In this document: positions 11,670-23,284 of the stretch, in pieces
Numbering within the stretch: position 1 is the first letter of the stretch
Layout of the letters: the number at the start of each line of letters is the position of its first letter
From: Octopus bimaculoides
Lineage: Eukaryota
DNA length: 42,990 nt
Reading direction: 5' to 3'
Assembly (NCBI RefSeq): GCF_001194135.2
Contig: NC_068983.1
Coordinates: 45,295,418 to 45,338,407, forward strand
The notes under the pieces: generated by a model
Databases searched by the model: none
What the model was told of the DNA's origin: nothing
Seen by the model: only the letters and a program-made list of their open reading frames with translations
Translations under genes and position numbers: made by a program

Positions 11670-12500
11670 TGTGAAGGAGGAAACTCTGAAATTACCATAT
11701 GCTCTTCTCTCAAGCGACTCCTTAGTGTCATCCAACAACACCAGAAACCTTGGAGTAATTGTTGATAACAATCTAAGCTGGAATTTCCACGTAATCAGCA
11801 AGGTTGACTTGGCCCGCATGAGGTGCTCCTTGATTCTGAGAAATTTCAGGTCTAGAGATGCCTACAACATCATTGTTCTCTACTTTACTTTTACCCGACC
11901 CCACCTTGAGTACTGTTGTCCATTGTGGTCCCCACATACGAAACAACTCATTATGAAAGTAGAAGCACTCCAGCGGTCAATAACAAGAAAGATAGACGGC
12001 ATGAGAGGCATTGATTATTGGGGTCGACTAAATAAACTCAATCTCTACTCCCTCCAACGCCGCCGGGAGCGCTACGTCATTTGTGTTATGTGGAAAATAT
12101 TCCATCAATATTGCACAAATGATGTTGAAACCAATTTTAAAATCCATCCAAAACTTGGCGCCCGCGCCATCCGCCCACTACAAAAATCGAACTCGGTACA
12201 CATAGCAACATTACGTCACATTTACTTTACCTCAACCGGTCCAGCTCTCTTTAATATCATACCAAAATACGTCAAAACGGAAACGGATCCCATAAAATTC
12301 AAATGTTCACTGGACAAATTTCTTCAAAAAATCCTGGATCAACCTCCTACACCCAGATATATCTCCAACGATAATAACTCTTTGTTACAGTGGTCTATGG
12401 TGCCCCATATATGACTAAAAGACTTTACCAGGTGGTGCTATTGAGTTAGACATGGCCTGGGCCTATACTGGCCGAAACCTATCAAAGCTATCAAAGTTAT
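11670..12500 (+). mobile_element. CR1/L2-type LINE, 5'-truncated; uninterrupted RT C-terminal frame plus 3' UTR
   Basis: RNLGVIVDNNLSWNFHV, FTRPHLEYCCPLWSP, LNLYSLQRRRERY, GPALFN, FKCSLDKFL; stop at 12412-12414; 3' UTR ends in TATCAAAG repeats then (TA)n. Confidence 0.92.
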
Positions 12501-12740
12501 ATATACATATATATTTGAATATATGTATGTATATACACACATATATATATATATATATATACATATATATACGCACACATACATATACATATATATGTAT
12601 ATATTTATATATAACGATGACCACTAAAGTGGACATTTAATGTGCTAGAAATAGACCACATGTTGTGTCTACTAAGACCTAATTGTTCTCAAAACGAAAT
12701 TCAGCGAAATACCAAAACGTATGCGAGCAAGACAGTGAAA

Positions 12741-12830
12741 ATTACAGAAATAAATCATTATTATCCACGAACCGGTTTCGAAATCAACACTCTTACCGAA
12801 TGTCTGCTTCTCTTCAGCGTGAACTGTAAT
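12741..12830 (-). ncRNA. Type I hammerhead ribozyme (Penelope-like, minimal palindromic stem III)
   Basis: Minus-strand RNA: AUUACAG-UUCACG-CUGAAGA-[GAAG CA GACAUUC GGUAA GAGUGUU GA UUUC]-GAAA-C CG G-U-U-CGUGGA...CUGUAAU. Canonical CUGANGA and GAAA core, G10.1-C11.1 closing pair, C1.1-G2.1 pair, stem I of 6-7 bp plus a distal 7-bp helix, GUU cleavage triplet. Confidence 0.7.
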
Positions 12831-13389
12831 GGAATCATAATTCTCAGAATCTTATACAAGTTGTTCACCGCCAGAGGCAAACGTGTATATGGTTCTGCTA
12901 ATTACAACTTAATGGCAAAAATCAAAAGTCTCCGTTTTGGCGCGCTAATTCCGGGAATATGTCTGCAGAAAATAGTTACTGCGGCGCATATATCCACGCA
13001 CATGTATATATATATGTTGTTAACACACTACGATACTACATATCTACGCACGTATTTACTGGTTGTGTGTGAGAACATATACTTAGGAGTTAAGTCAAAA
13101 CTGAAAGCAAAGACAGGATCAAGCATATACAGAGAAAGGGGGAGTATTTATCACATACTTAAGCATGTATCTGTAAGTATATTTCTATACTATATACATA
13201 CATACATATGTGTGTGTTTACAGAACGAGGGACTAGAGAGAAGATAAAGAAGTAGGTGTGTGGATTTATATATGTTATATATTCTTTAATGTCAATGCTT
13301 ATCTGTTTCAAATATTCCCTAATTATGACAGTATTGTAAGAATGTCTCTATCAGCATGAGAAGGGCAAGAGCTATGAACTTGTGTACGT

Positions 13390-13867
13390 GTGCGTATGTA
13401 TACGTGTAAGTGTGCGGGTGTATACACAGATGGTTTAAACATCAGTCGAAGGAGTCATGCATACATAGGTGAGTGTGCGTGTGTGTGTGTTTATGTGTGT
13501 CGTGTCTACACACATATGTATATTTCAAACACACACACACACATACATAAATATACACATGGAAAAGTGCATATTTATATAATTTGCACGTGTGTGTATA
13601 TATACGCACACATACATGCACATGTGTATAGATATGCCCCCCCTCTCTCTCCCTTTCTCTTTCTTCCCCCTCTCTCCCTATATATATATATGTGTGTATG
13701 CATGTGTTTATATATGTATATTCATATAAGTATACATATATATACATATATATATATGCATATATATGTGTGTATATATTTATATGTATAGAAGCACACA
13801 TGCGTGTATATATGTATATATATATAACTAGACACATACTCATAAATATACATACAATCACATACAC

Positions 13868-13921
<54 letters not shown>

Positions 13922-13983
13922 ATGTATGCATGTATGTATATGTACACTTACATATACTCATGTGTGTATAAATAGCATATTAC

Positions 13984-14020
<37 letters not shown>

Positions 14021-14060
14021 TCATACATATACACTTACATATATACATACAAACATACAT
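13390..14060. repeat. Low-complexity TA/CA/TG microsatellite mosaic (similar tracts at about 18380-18690, 23400-24300, 24880-24950 and 42340-42600)
   Basis: Interleaved (TA)n, (CA)n, (TG)n and (CATA)n; source of the YIYI/HTHT/CVCV pseudo-ORFs. Confidence 0.93.
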
Positions 14061-14593
14061 TGACATGGACACATATAAACGACAAGCAAAGCATCGAAGT
14101 CATTGTGGCCTCTTTCTCGTGAGATAAATTGAAAGTAGTTCAACCATAATTTTTTTCAAATCTTCGACTGTTGAACGTAAATAGATGTAAGCACAATTTT
14201 AGTCTTGTCTTGCACAGAAAAGTAAAAGTCGATTTTCTTGAAACGTTTTTCGATTCATTGAACACAGGTCAGAAGTTAAGGACCACCTTATTCATTTTAA
14301 CTTCAAAAGACCTTATAATAAACGTGATTTAAATCAGTTACAATCTAGAACGCAGTTGTAATGGCTATACGAATTTGTGTATCATACATTTGAAATACAG
14401 GATGGACCAAAAGTCACACAAAATAATAAGTTCAATACGCTTCCGAATTGTCAAAGATATGGTCCGATTTTTTCTAAATTTGAAAAGAAAAAAATGAATA
14501 AAATAATGATGGATACATACGTAAGTGTACATGATGAAGAAAACGAACAACAGCAACAACAACAACAATAACAATAATAATAATAATAATAAT

Positions 14594-15136
14594 GTGGTAC
14601 CAGGCAGTGGCTGTCGTCGTGGTTTCTGATCTTAAATGATTGGAAGTGTTATCATGTACATGTTTTGTTTTGGTATAACAGATGGGCTACAGCAAATATT
14701 CTGCTGAATATCACATATTTGCTTGTCAGTTGTTTGACCTTAACCAGTTGAGCATGTCCTTTAGTCGCTGATGATATGTACATCTCTGATCACGAGTAGA
14801 AGTATGGGGGAGCATCATAGCCATATGTTGGGAGGAATTCTCTGGAGTTTGAATAATTCACCTCAGGGAACATGTATGTTTCATTCATCATCATTAAACA
14901 AACCCTATTCAGGGACCATTTGAGCAGGACGGGCTACTCAATCTGAACAAAATTCTGGGCTCCACCTGCAAGGTCATGGACTGTTTATCTAAATACGAGA
15001 TCACTATGCCGCGCACATATGGTTGTGATGCACGTGCCTGGTGTACCCTTATCAGACGGGTAGTCATTATGGGTATATTAGACTTTGTATATTTGTCCCT
15101 CAGTGTAACGTTGATGGCATGCACTGTTCCCTCATT
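14594..15136. mobile_element. ~540-bp non-coding element bounded on both sides by (CAA)n-(TAA)n tracts
   Basis: Complex non-coding sequence between tracts at 14546-14593 and 15137-15187, both switching from CAA to TAA units. Confidence 0.5.
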
Positions 15137-15189
15137 CAATTACAACAACAACAACAACAATAATAATAATAATAATAATGATAATAAAG

Positions 15190-15350
15190 ATTTCAAATTT
15201 TGGCACAAGGCCAGCATTTTCGGAGAGGGGGTAAATCGATTACATTGACTCCAGTGCTCAAGTGGTACATATTTTATTGATCCAGAAAGGGATGAAAGGG
15301 AAGGTCGACCTCAGCGGGGTTTGAACTCAGAACGTAAAGACAGACGTGAA
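15190..15350 (-). mobile_element. tRNA-headed SINE, family D (head-truncated)
   Basis: TTTTGGCACAAGGCCAGC...TCGACCTC.GC.G..TTTGAACTCAGAACGTAAAGAC, shared with many copies between 28 and 41 kb. Confidence 0.88.
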
Positions 15351-15526
15351 ACATTTTGGTGCATCACGTTTGATCCACCTTGTATATTTATGTACAAAAC
15401 GGAAAATTTAAAATCAAAAGCGTTTCTCTGTGGAACTTTAAACAGATGTAAGTTCATTAACTGGAGTTTTACAGTCACAAGCTTTACAAATGTATATTAT
15501 CTATAGCAAGAATCATGTTCAACAAC

Positions 15527-15565
<39 letters not shown>

Positions 15566-15610
15566 GCAATGTTAAATCTCTGAACGAGGTATAAACCGTA
15601 ACTGCATGGC

Positions 15611-16002
15611 AACGTGAAGTATATTTGCCACTTAAATGTGGCTGACCCCTAAGGGTGGATGTTACTGTTGCTTTTAGCCCCAGGAGAACATCTCTTCCAG
15701 CTGGCTATTGACACACTTTCTGTGCCCTGTCGGTATTTGCAAAGGGAAGTCATTCTTCCCATTGTCGATCTGACGTGATACGCACAGACTCGAGTTGCTG
15801 ACGAAGGGTAAATACCCAGTAACTCGAGTCCGTGCGTATCACGTCAGGTCGACGATGGGAAGGATGACCTCCCTTTGCAAATACTGACAGGGCACAGAAA
15901 GTGTGTCAATAGCCAGCTGGAGGAGATGTTCTGGGGCTTAAAGTAACAGTAGCATTCACCCTTCGGGTCTAGCCACATTTAAGTGGCAAATATACTTCAC
16001 GT

Positions 16003-16003
<1 letters not shown>
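15611..16003. repeat. 393-bp fold-back (MITE-like) element, ~190-bp arms, 16-nt spacer
   Basis: 15611-15800 is the reverse complement of 15817-16003 with about 15 differences; lies between (TA)n tracts; a single-arm relative occurs at 34513-34620. Confidence 0.93.
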
Positions 16004-16048
<45 letters not shown>

Positions 16049-16074
16049 CATAATACATACATACATATATATAT

Positions 16075-16212
16075 AACAGAAAATGGAGAAGTATGGATGA
16101 ACAACAATTGACTTACATCAATAATTATTTATTAACAGCTGTTTCTGCTTCCAAGGTTGTATGATATTGCCATTGATAAGCAATGTTCCTCAGTACTTCT
16201 CCATTTTCTGTT
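16075..16212 (-). other. 19-bp perfect inverted repeat enclosing a degenerate hammerhead-like motif
   Basis: AACAGAAAATGGAGAAGTA (16075-16093) and its reverse complement (16194-16212). Between them the minus strand has CUGAGGA...GAAACAGCUGUU, but stem II closure and proximal stem I are broken. Confidence 0.5.
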
Positions 16213-16385
16213 TTCTTTAAATTTTGATTCTTGATAAACTCATTTTTATCCGTGTCTTTACCTATAACTTATGAGCATAAGATATTTGCACATATATGCC
16301 CATTGTTAAATACAGGTAATATACCGGTAGTGTAATGGGTACTTCTATCCATTAGACGGTTATTTTAAACTGTAACTCAACTAAC

Positions 16386-16428
<43 letters not shown>

Positions 16429-17130
16429 AGATAAATAAAGCGATAGAAAGAAAAAGAACAACAAAAAAGGATTGGTAAAGTGCTGGGGGAGACGGCGAAA
16501 AGAAAGCGCTGTAACTCTTGGTTATTAGTTTTTATCCTTTGTCTTTTTCCTTCTCTCTATTTCTCTTTTCCCATATGTCTATCAGCCCCGCTTCCCTTCC
16601 ATCGTTCACACACCTACACATACATTAACTGGCATACGCACACACATTTTATATATGACAATTGTTTATATCATACACGACAAAAGTTATGCATAACAGC
16701 TAAAAGAGGGTGAAAAGAGTGATTACCAAACAACCCACCCCATAAATTTCTCTTGCTGTTTAGCTCTCATTCTTAGTACCTCTTCCCTCTACCACCACTT
16801 TATCTGTCCCTAGTGCCATTAGAGTTAGATTCAAGCTCAACAAGTTCTATAAGAAAGTAATAAGCAAAATTCCAAATGCTCGTTTGTGTCAACATACAAA
16901 TAGCCTAAAGCATGCGTACAAATACAGGAATATGAGTAGCACATTCCCATTACATGTACGCGCATGTATGTATGTATGTATGTATGTATGTATGTACGTA
17001 CGTTCGTTGGAAAGTATGTAGGCTTTTATTCTATATAATGCGTGGATGTGTAGATTCAAGTTTGTTTTATTGTATTTTTGTGCTTCTATGTATGTGTGTA
17101 TATTGCGTTGGCAATGTGTATACATGCTTT

Positions 17131-17201
<71 letters not shown>

Positions 17202-17299
17202 CATCAACAAAATAGAATGAAAAAGCTAGAAAAGATTTGTATTATATGGTTTAAACATTAAAATCGTCATGTTAGGAAAATGATATAAAATTTGTGCAT

Positions 17300-18330
17300 A
17301 GTGATATTATTTTTGGAGAAATAACCAGTTTCGTATTTTCTTTTTAAATTTCTCAAATTTCTTTACCTATGTTGTGTCATCTATTCGTTATGGTGTGATG
17401 TAGAAGAGTTCGAAACAGGGGCAGGTAATCTGGGATTTTTTTCGGTATAAAGGAGATAATCGAAAATGTCGGGAATGATGATTGAATGTTTTGTTAATTT
17501 AGCATGATTTGATTTTGATAGAATAAAATGTTAGAAGTGGTTAAGTTCTGGTTTATGTTTGTCAATGGTTACGTTTTGGCTTATATTTTTCAATGAAGTA
17601 GGTTTCGTTGTTTAATCTAACTTGCTTTGGTGTTCCAATACCACATTCATAAAATGGAAAGATTACAAATTGTGGTAGCAGTTGTTTTGCACATCTGTCA
17701 ATGTGTTCACTAAAGGGTATCATTCTGCATTCTGGGAATGCAATCTGCTACCGCTGTAGAGTGCATCTGCATCTGAGCGATAGTCCCGTGGACCCTATGT
17801 AGTTTTGGTGGCAGCCCGAGCATCTTATAACATAAATCAGGTTTTCTGAAGCACAAGTAAAATCAGATTTGATTTTGAATTTTCGTCCCTCTTTAAAAAG
17901 GAATTCTAATCCTTCTAAAATTGAGGCATGTTGCGCAATTTGGTCGACCACATTTTTTCCCTTTTGCGTCCGTTATTTTAGAAAATAATTTTGCCTTTGT
18001 AAGGATCTTTTTTAATGACTTCGGTTGTGTTTGGCTTTTAGTGATCTTATGTGTATGTAAAATTTCCCTTTAATTTCTGGTCCTCATGTAGCATTGGTAA
18101 ATTTTGGGGGATGTTTCTTCTTTGTTTCTGGGGTTGTAAGTGGATGTGTGCGGCAGTATTTTCGGGGAAGGTGTGTTGTGTTGAACTTTTTTTAAGGTTT
18201 TTATGTCGATTTGTGTTGCACGTCTGATTCCATCCTCTATGAGTTGAACTGGGTAGTGTCTGTCTATGAGGGTGTTTTTGAGTTCTTGCTGTCTAAAGTC
18301 TCTGGAATTTTTTCTGACACTATAGGGCAT
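17300..18330 (-). mobile_element. Penelope-like element, 3' part (RT thumb/linker, GIY-YIG endonuclease, 3' region)
   Basis: QELKNTLIDRHYPVQLIEDGIRRA; ILPHTSTYNPRN; IKSDFTCASENLIYVIRCSGCHQNYIGSTG (Cys motifs plus the GIY-YIG-type YVI...YIG); IPFSEHIDRC...NETYFIEKYKP*. Confidence 0.88.
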
Positions 18331-18531
18331 ATCCTAGCTTATCCATGTACGTGAAAGGCTAGATGCCATAGATTTCATTGTTATTTATAGATATATATAT
18401 AGAGAGATTTTATCCTTATATATATATATACACACACGCACATACATACACACCCCCATATATATGTATATATATATATATCTGTGTGTATATATATGTA
18501 TGTATAAATATATGTATACATATACATGTAT

Positions 18532-18580
<49 letters not shown>

Positions 18581-18805
18581 TATATGTTTGTGTGTGTATG
18601 TATGCATGTGTGAGTTTGTGTGTACTAATCAGTAACGGCATATATACGTGAGTGAGCATATGTATGTGTGTATATGTGAATGTGTGTATATCTTTCTTTG
18701 CGAAAGGGGAAGGAGTGAGGTAGAGGCATCATATGAAATACATTTGGGACTTGAAGAAAAATAAAGGTGAATGTAAACTATATATTTTAGATTGTGCAAT
18801 ACTCT

Positions 18806-18841
<36 letters not shown>

Positions 18842-19519
18842 TAAATAAACAGCATTTAAGCGATAAAATATACCTATTCAACAGACAAAACTATGAGGAT
18901 ATCCATTATATATGGCAGGAGTAAATTGTTAAAAACAGGCCAAATTGCAAGCGACTAACATTCAAAACAGACGGTGACAGCGTTCATAGCAATGATGAAA
19001 AGACAATGCTTTGCACCAACAGAACGATAAAACAGGAAAACCCTAAATGATCTCCGCAGGGAAAATTGATGTCTCAGAGGCATCAGATATAAAATCAGAC
19101 ATGGAATACAAAACTCGAAAGCATGTATCTAAAATATACTTAGCGATTTCAAATTTTATACATACTTATAAAGATAAATAGATAGATAGATACATAGATA
19201 AATAGATCGATACATAGAGAGAGAGAGAAAGAAAGAGAAAGAGGGTGAGAGTGAGAGAGATGGATGCACACCATACACACACATATGTGTACATAGAAAT
19301 TATGAAGTAGTATGATCATTTCAACTGAACAGCATATTAAATGCAGAAACAAATTTAATAGAAAGCAAGATACTATTTCCGTGTCGACAAGCAAAGACAA
19401 AAGACTTCGATGACCCAGTTATTACTGGATGGCGTGAGTAGTTCTGAAGGAAGAAAATGTGGTTGTTTCAGCACATTCTGTTTTCCAAGAGACCATGAGT
19501 TCAAATTTTCTCTCATTTA

Positions 19520-21300
19520 ACAGCATTTACTTTTGTCCTCTCATTGACTTACAGTATACAGACCAGGCAGGAGTTTAATTTGATCTACTTTTCCAACGAT
19601 AACATTTCGAAGCTTAGAATCATTTGCGAATATTTTTATGTTGTTGTTCTTGATGACATTTGAGATGACGTTTGTATAAACAGAAATGAACCTAAAACAG
19701 TCTTTTTGCTGGGCTTGAGCAGATTCCATTAGTCACTACTAGCTGGGCTCTGTTCACCAGGATGTTCTTGATCCTGTGTAGCAGTTTAATACCTACCAAT
19801 ATTGGACAATTTTAATAGTAGGATGTTGGGGTCGACTCTGCCAAAGGCTTTGCTTAAGTCAAGAAATATAATGTCAATGTTCGAGCCCGTTTCCAAAACT
19901 TTAAGTATATCATCAAGGTTATGTAAAAGCTGTGTTAGGCAATTTCTGACTCAACGAAAGCCATTCTTATTAAAATTCAGGAAATTATTACTCTCCAGAA
20001 AGCCATTTATCCTTGATCTTACCATCCTTTCAAATACTATGATGTTATAGGAGGCGAGTGAGATGGAGCAATGGTTAATTGCAAGGGAATTGTTTGCCTT
20101 AATGAAGAATGATTGATACGACAGACTGGAATTAGAAGTTTTTCGGTATATAATCTGCGTCTAATAATCTTCTGCAGAGGTTGGTTAAAGGGGCACAAAC
20201 TGATGCCTTTATTCCTCCAAGACATTAACTGGGAATCTACCAGGACCTATTACAGTTTAATATTTGGTTTCATTTATTACTGCGATGATATCCGAGGCGG
20301 TAAAGATTTTATCAGAAATAAGATGGAGTTCGTTGAAATCTCTTATGTCAGTATCAGTGGGTTCACTAACAGAGTAATATGGGTTCTGCAGGACTTCTGT
20401 CATTTATTTCGCATCACAGTGGAGAATGCTGTTATCATCTGTTAGTCGACCGATGTGTGAAACAGCGATCCTGTGCTTGTTGTCAAATGGAGAGTGCACT
20501 TGTGTTGTGTCTGATTTTTTAATAACCCAGATTTTATCTGCAACACTTTGGTTGTTGATGTACGTTCTCATGCTATACTGTAGATGATATCTTTACAACG
20601 CAAGTGTCCTTATTGCTGTTAATTGTTGATGCTGTCAGTGGTAGTATTTTGAATGGTTGATTTTGTTTTATTCTTTAGACTTTTCTGATGAGTGTTTTTT
20701 TTTCTCTCTCTCTCTTGGGAGCCTGCTGCTATTTGTGCTTGTGAATTTCGTAGTACCATGTTTTGAGCACGTATAGGTGACAATATTTTCAAACCCCTGC
20801 CATGTTGCTTGAGTATCAGAGCAAGTGTCGGCGAGGGATCTATTGATATGCAACAGATTTTGCCTAATTGCGCCCCAGTCTACTTTGTGAAGATTGATGT
20901 GGCAGAACAGGTGCACTAGGGTGAAAGTGACTGGTTTGGCTTTAGCATAATGGAAACAAAGATTACAGAATACCATATCATGGTCAGAGAAAAGGGGTTC
21001 TTCAATTTAAGTTATATGGATGGAGCTAGAATGGAATTTGATATAAAGTGAAAGATAATTCTGTTGTGTCTTGTTGACTCAAGCACAAGTTGGAACAGAA
21101 CAATATCGTTCATTAAATTTAATTCAATTCTGATGGTATTTGGTTTTGAAATGAAGTTACTAAGCTTTCGGTGTTTTTGTAGACCAGTTCACGTAAGGAA
21201 GTTTAAAATCACCCACCATTAATATGTTCCCAGAATTGTGCTTTTGGAGAAAGGACTTGACTATCTTGAGCTACTTTACAAAGTATAATCGAGATACTTG
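19520..21300 (-). mobile_element. CR1/L2-type LINE, APE endonuclease through RT core, heavily decayed
   Basis: Minus strand in order: NILMVGDFKLPYVNWS (GDFN-like), EEPLFSDHDMVF (SDH), NLHKVDWGAIRQNL, LDLSKAFGRVD (19831-19863), NIKIFANDSKL (FADD-like). Confidence 0.85.
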
Positions 21301-21403
21301 AAGTGGCATATAGAAACCAACAATGGTTGTGTCATAAATTGGTGTATTGTGACAGATTCACAACTGGAAACTATGCCCTTTACAGCCATAACAAAGAAAT
21401 CAC

Positions 21404-21444
<41 letters not shown>

Positions 21445-21524
21445 CCTCTCTCTCTCTACAATAACACACACATACACACCGACAAGCCTGCACGCACAAC
21501 TATATATGTATATATGTACCTAGA

Positions 21525-21674
21525 CGCAGGAGTGGCTGTGTGGTAAGTAGCATAGTTCCGGGTTCAGTCCCACTGCGTGGCACCTTGTGCAAGTGTCTTC
21601 TACTATAGCCTCGGGCCGCCCAAATCCTTGTGAGTGGATTGGGTAGACGGAAATTGAAAGAAAGCCGTCGTATG

Positions 21675-21715
<41 letters not shown>

Positions 21716-21930
21716 TGTGTGTGTGTGTGTCTGTGTTTGTCTCCGCAACATTGCTTGACAACCGATGATGGTATGTTTACATTACCGTAATGTAGCGGTT
21801 CGGCAAAAAAAACCGATAGAATAAATATTAGGCCTACAAAGAATAAGTCCTGGGGTTCGATTTGCTCGACAAAAGGCGGTGCTCCAGCATGGCTGCAGTC
21901 AAATGACTAACACAAATAAAAGAATAAAAG
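21525..21930 (+). mobile_element. Near-complete SINE family A with internal (TA)n(TG)n
   Basis: tRNA-like head GGAGTGGCTGTGTGGTAAG...GGGTTCAGTCCC, CORE-like ACCTTG.GCAAGTGTCTT, microsatellite at about 21671-21731, 3' half ending AATAAAAGAATAAAAGAATA. Confidence 0.9.
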
Positions 21931-22416
21931 AATATGTATATTATGTGTGTATACATATAATATGTGTATATACATGTATACGCTTGTACATTAATAATAA
22001 CCATGTGCGTATTGAGTACGTGCATGTGCTTTGTGCGCTTTTCTCCACTGTTTTCTTTTTTATCATTATTGTTTATCTGGAGATACATGATATGATTTAA
22101 AAAGAAATATATCGTGTGTCCTTATATATATAAAACAGGAAGATGAATACACAAACGTGTGCATTTCCATGCTGGTATTTATTTTATAAGAAATTGTGTA
22201 ACTGTGTGACTGTAGGTGTTCTCGGTCCTCATATATCTAAGTGTCAATATATAGAGTTTCCTTCGTGGGTGAGAGTTTTTATGTTTGTGATCAAGCGTGT
22301 AGAAAATATGCATAAAAAATGATCATTGTACACACGTTGAATTTAAGCTACTAAATTTATGTTTGTACATAAATAAAATTATATATATGATTTATATATA
22401 TATATATATACATATA

Positions 22417-22973
22417 CAGTGTGCGACGGGTAAATTGTCGCCAGTTATAGTTTTAATTTTGCGCATGTGCATTGTTTGTTTTTGATTTTGTCAACTACAC
22501 AGTATACTAGGGTTACTTGGATTGCCGTCTGTGAGAAAAACAGCACCATGACGCAATTCACTCTACTAGAAATTTGGAAACGCCATGCTGTACCGCTTGG
22601 CATTCGCGCCGAAAGCTCCAATACGAACAGATGGTGAACTCACAGAACAACCGTTGGCTTGCCGTTTCCCCAAAACATGTACCGAGAGTGATAAAAACCA
22701 AACATCCTGTAAACATCATAGTGTTTGGAGTGATCACTAGTGATGGCGACGTTATGCCTTCATTCATCTTCCCACACGGCCTCAGATTCCACACAGAGGT
22801 CTACATCAAGTGCCTGGAGGAGTAAGTTCTATCCTGGGTCTAGAGGGTGGTTGCTGGAAGACGCTATGTCTATGTCTGGCAACAAAACTCTACACCGTGT
22901 CACACAAACAGAAGAACCCAGTCATGGATGTCAGGTCATTTCTACGACCACATCACCCCTAACATCTGGCCAC
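22417..22973 (+). mobile_element. Tc1/mariner transposon, 5' end plus internally deleted transposase
   Basis: TA|CAGTGTGCGACGGG terminus; KTKHPVNIIVFGVITSDGDVMPSFIFPHGL...YVWQQNSTPCHT (compare QQDxAPxH)...HITPNIWP. Confidence 0.88.
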
Positions 22974-23284
22974 TCATACACATTTCTACGTGTTTCTGCA
23001 CTGTTCCCGTATTGTGCTAAAAGCCTCCGATGAATTTCAGCACCGGACACACCTTCCGACCAGAGAAATCGGATCACTGCTCTTTGTTCTTCTTTGGTGC
23101 ACATTGTTTGTGGAGTGGCCATGTTTACACTGTAAAGCCAGAAGGAAAAATGGCGCGATCAGGCTCAAACTTCGATCACGTGACCACAATTGTACAAACT
23201 ATAAGCACGCATGTGCAGAAGGCAGTGTGACAATAATAAAGATATGTAACGGCGAAAGTGCGGATAATTTTTGACTCGTCATTG
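22970..23284 (-). mobile_element. Mariner transposon, 5' end plus N-terminal helix-turn-helix
   Basis: EEQRAVIRFLWSEGVSGAEIHRRLLAQYGNSAETRRNVYEW; TIR-like GAGTCAAAAATTATCCGCACT on the minus strand, ending at TA 23285-23286. Confidence 0.88.

Noticed and set aside
12642-13247. 201-aa plus-strand ORF
   Set aside because: No recognisable domain; runs antisense through the hammerhead region and into low-complexity DNA.
13390-14063. YIYI/HTHT/CVCV-rich ORFs (also at 17.0-17.3, 18.4-18.7, 24.0-25.0 and 42.3-42.7 kb)
   Set aside because: Translations of dinucleotide repeats.
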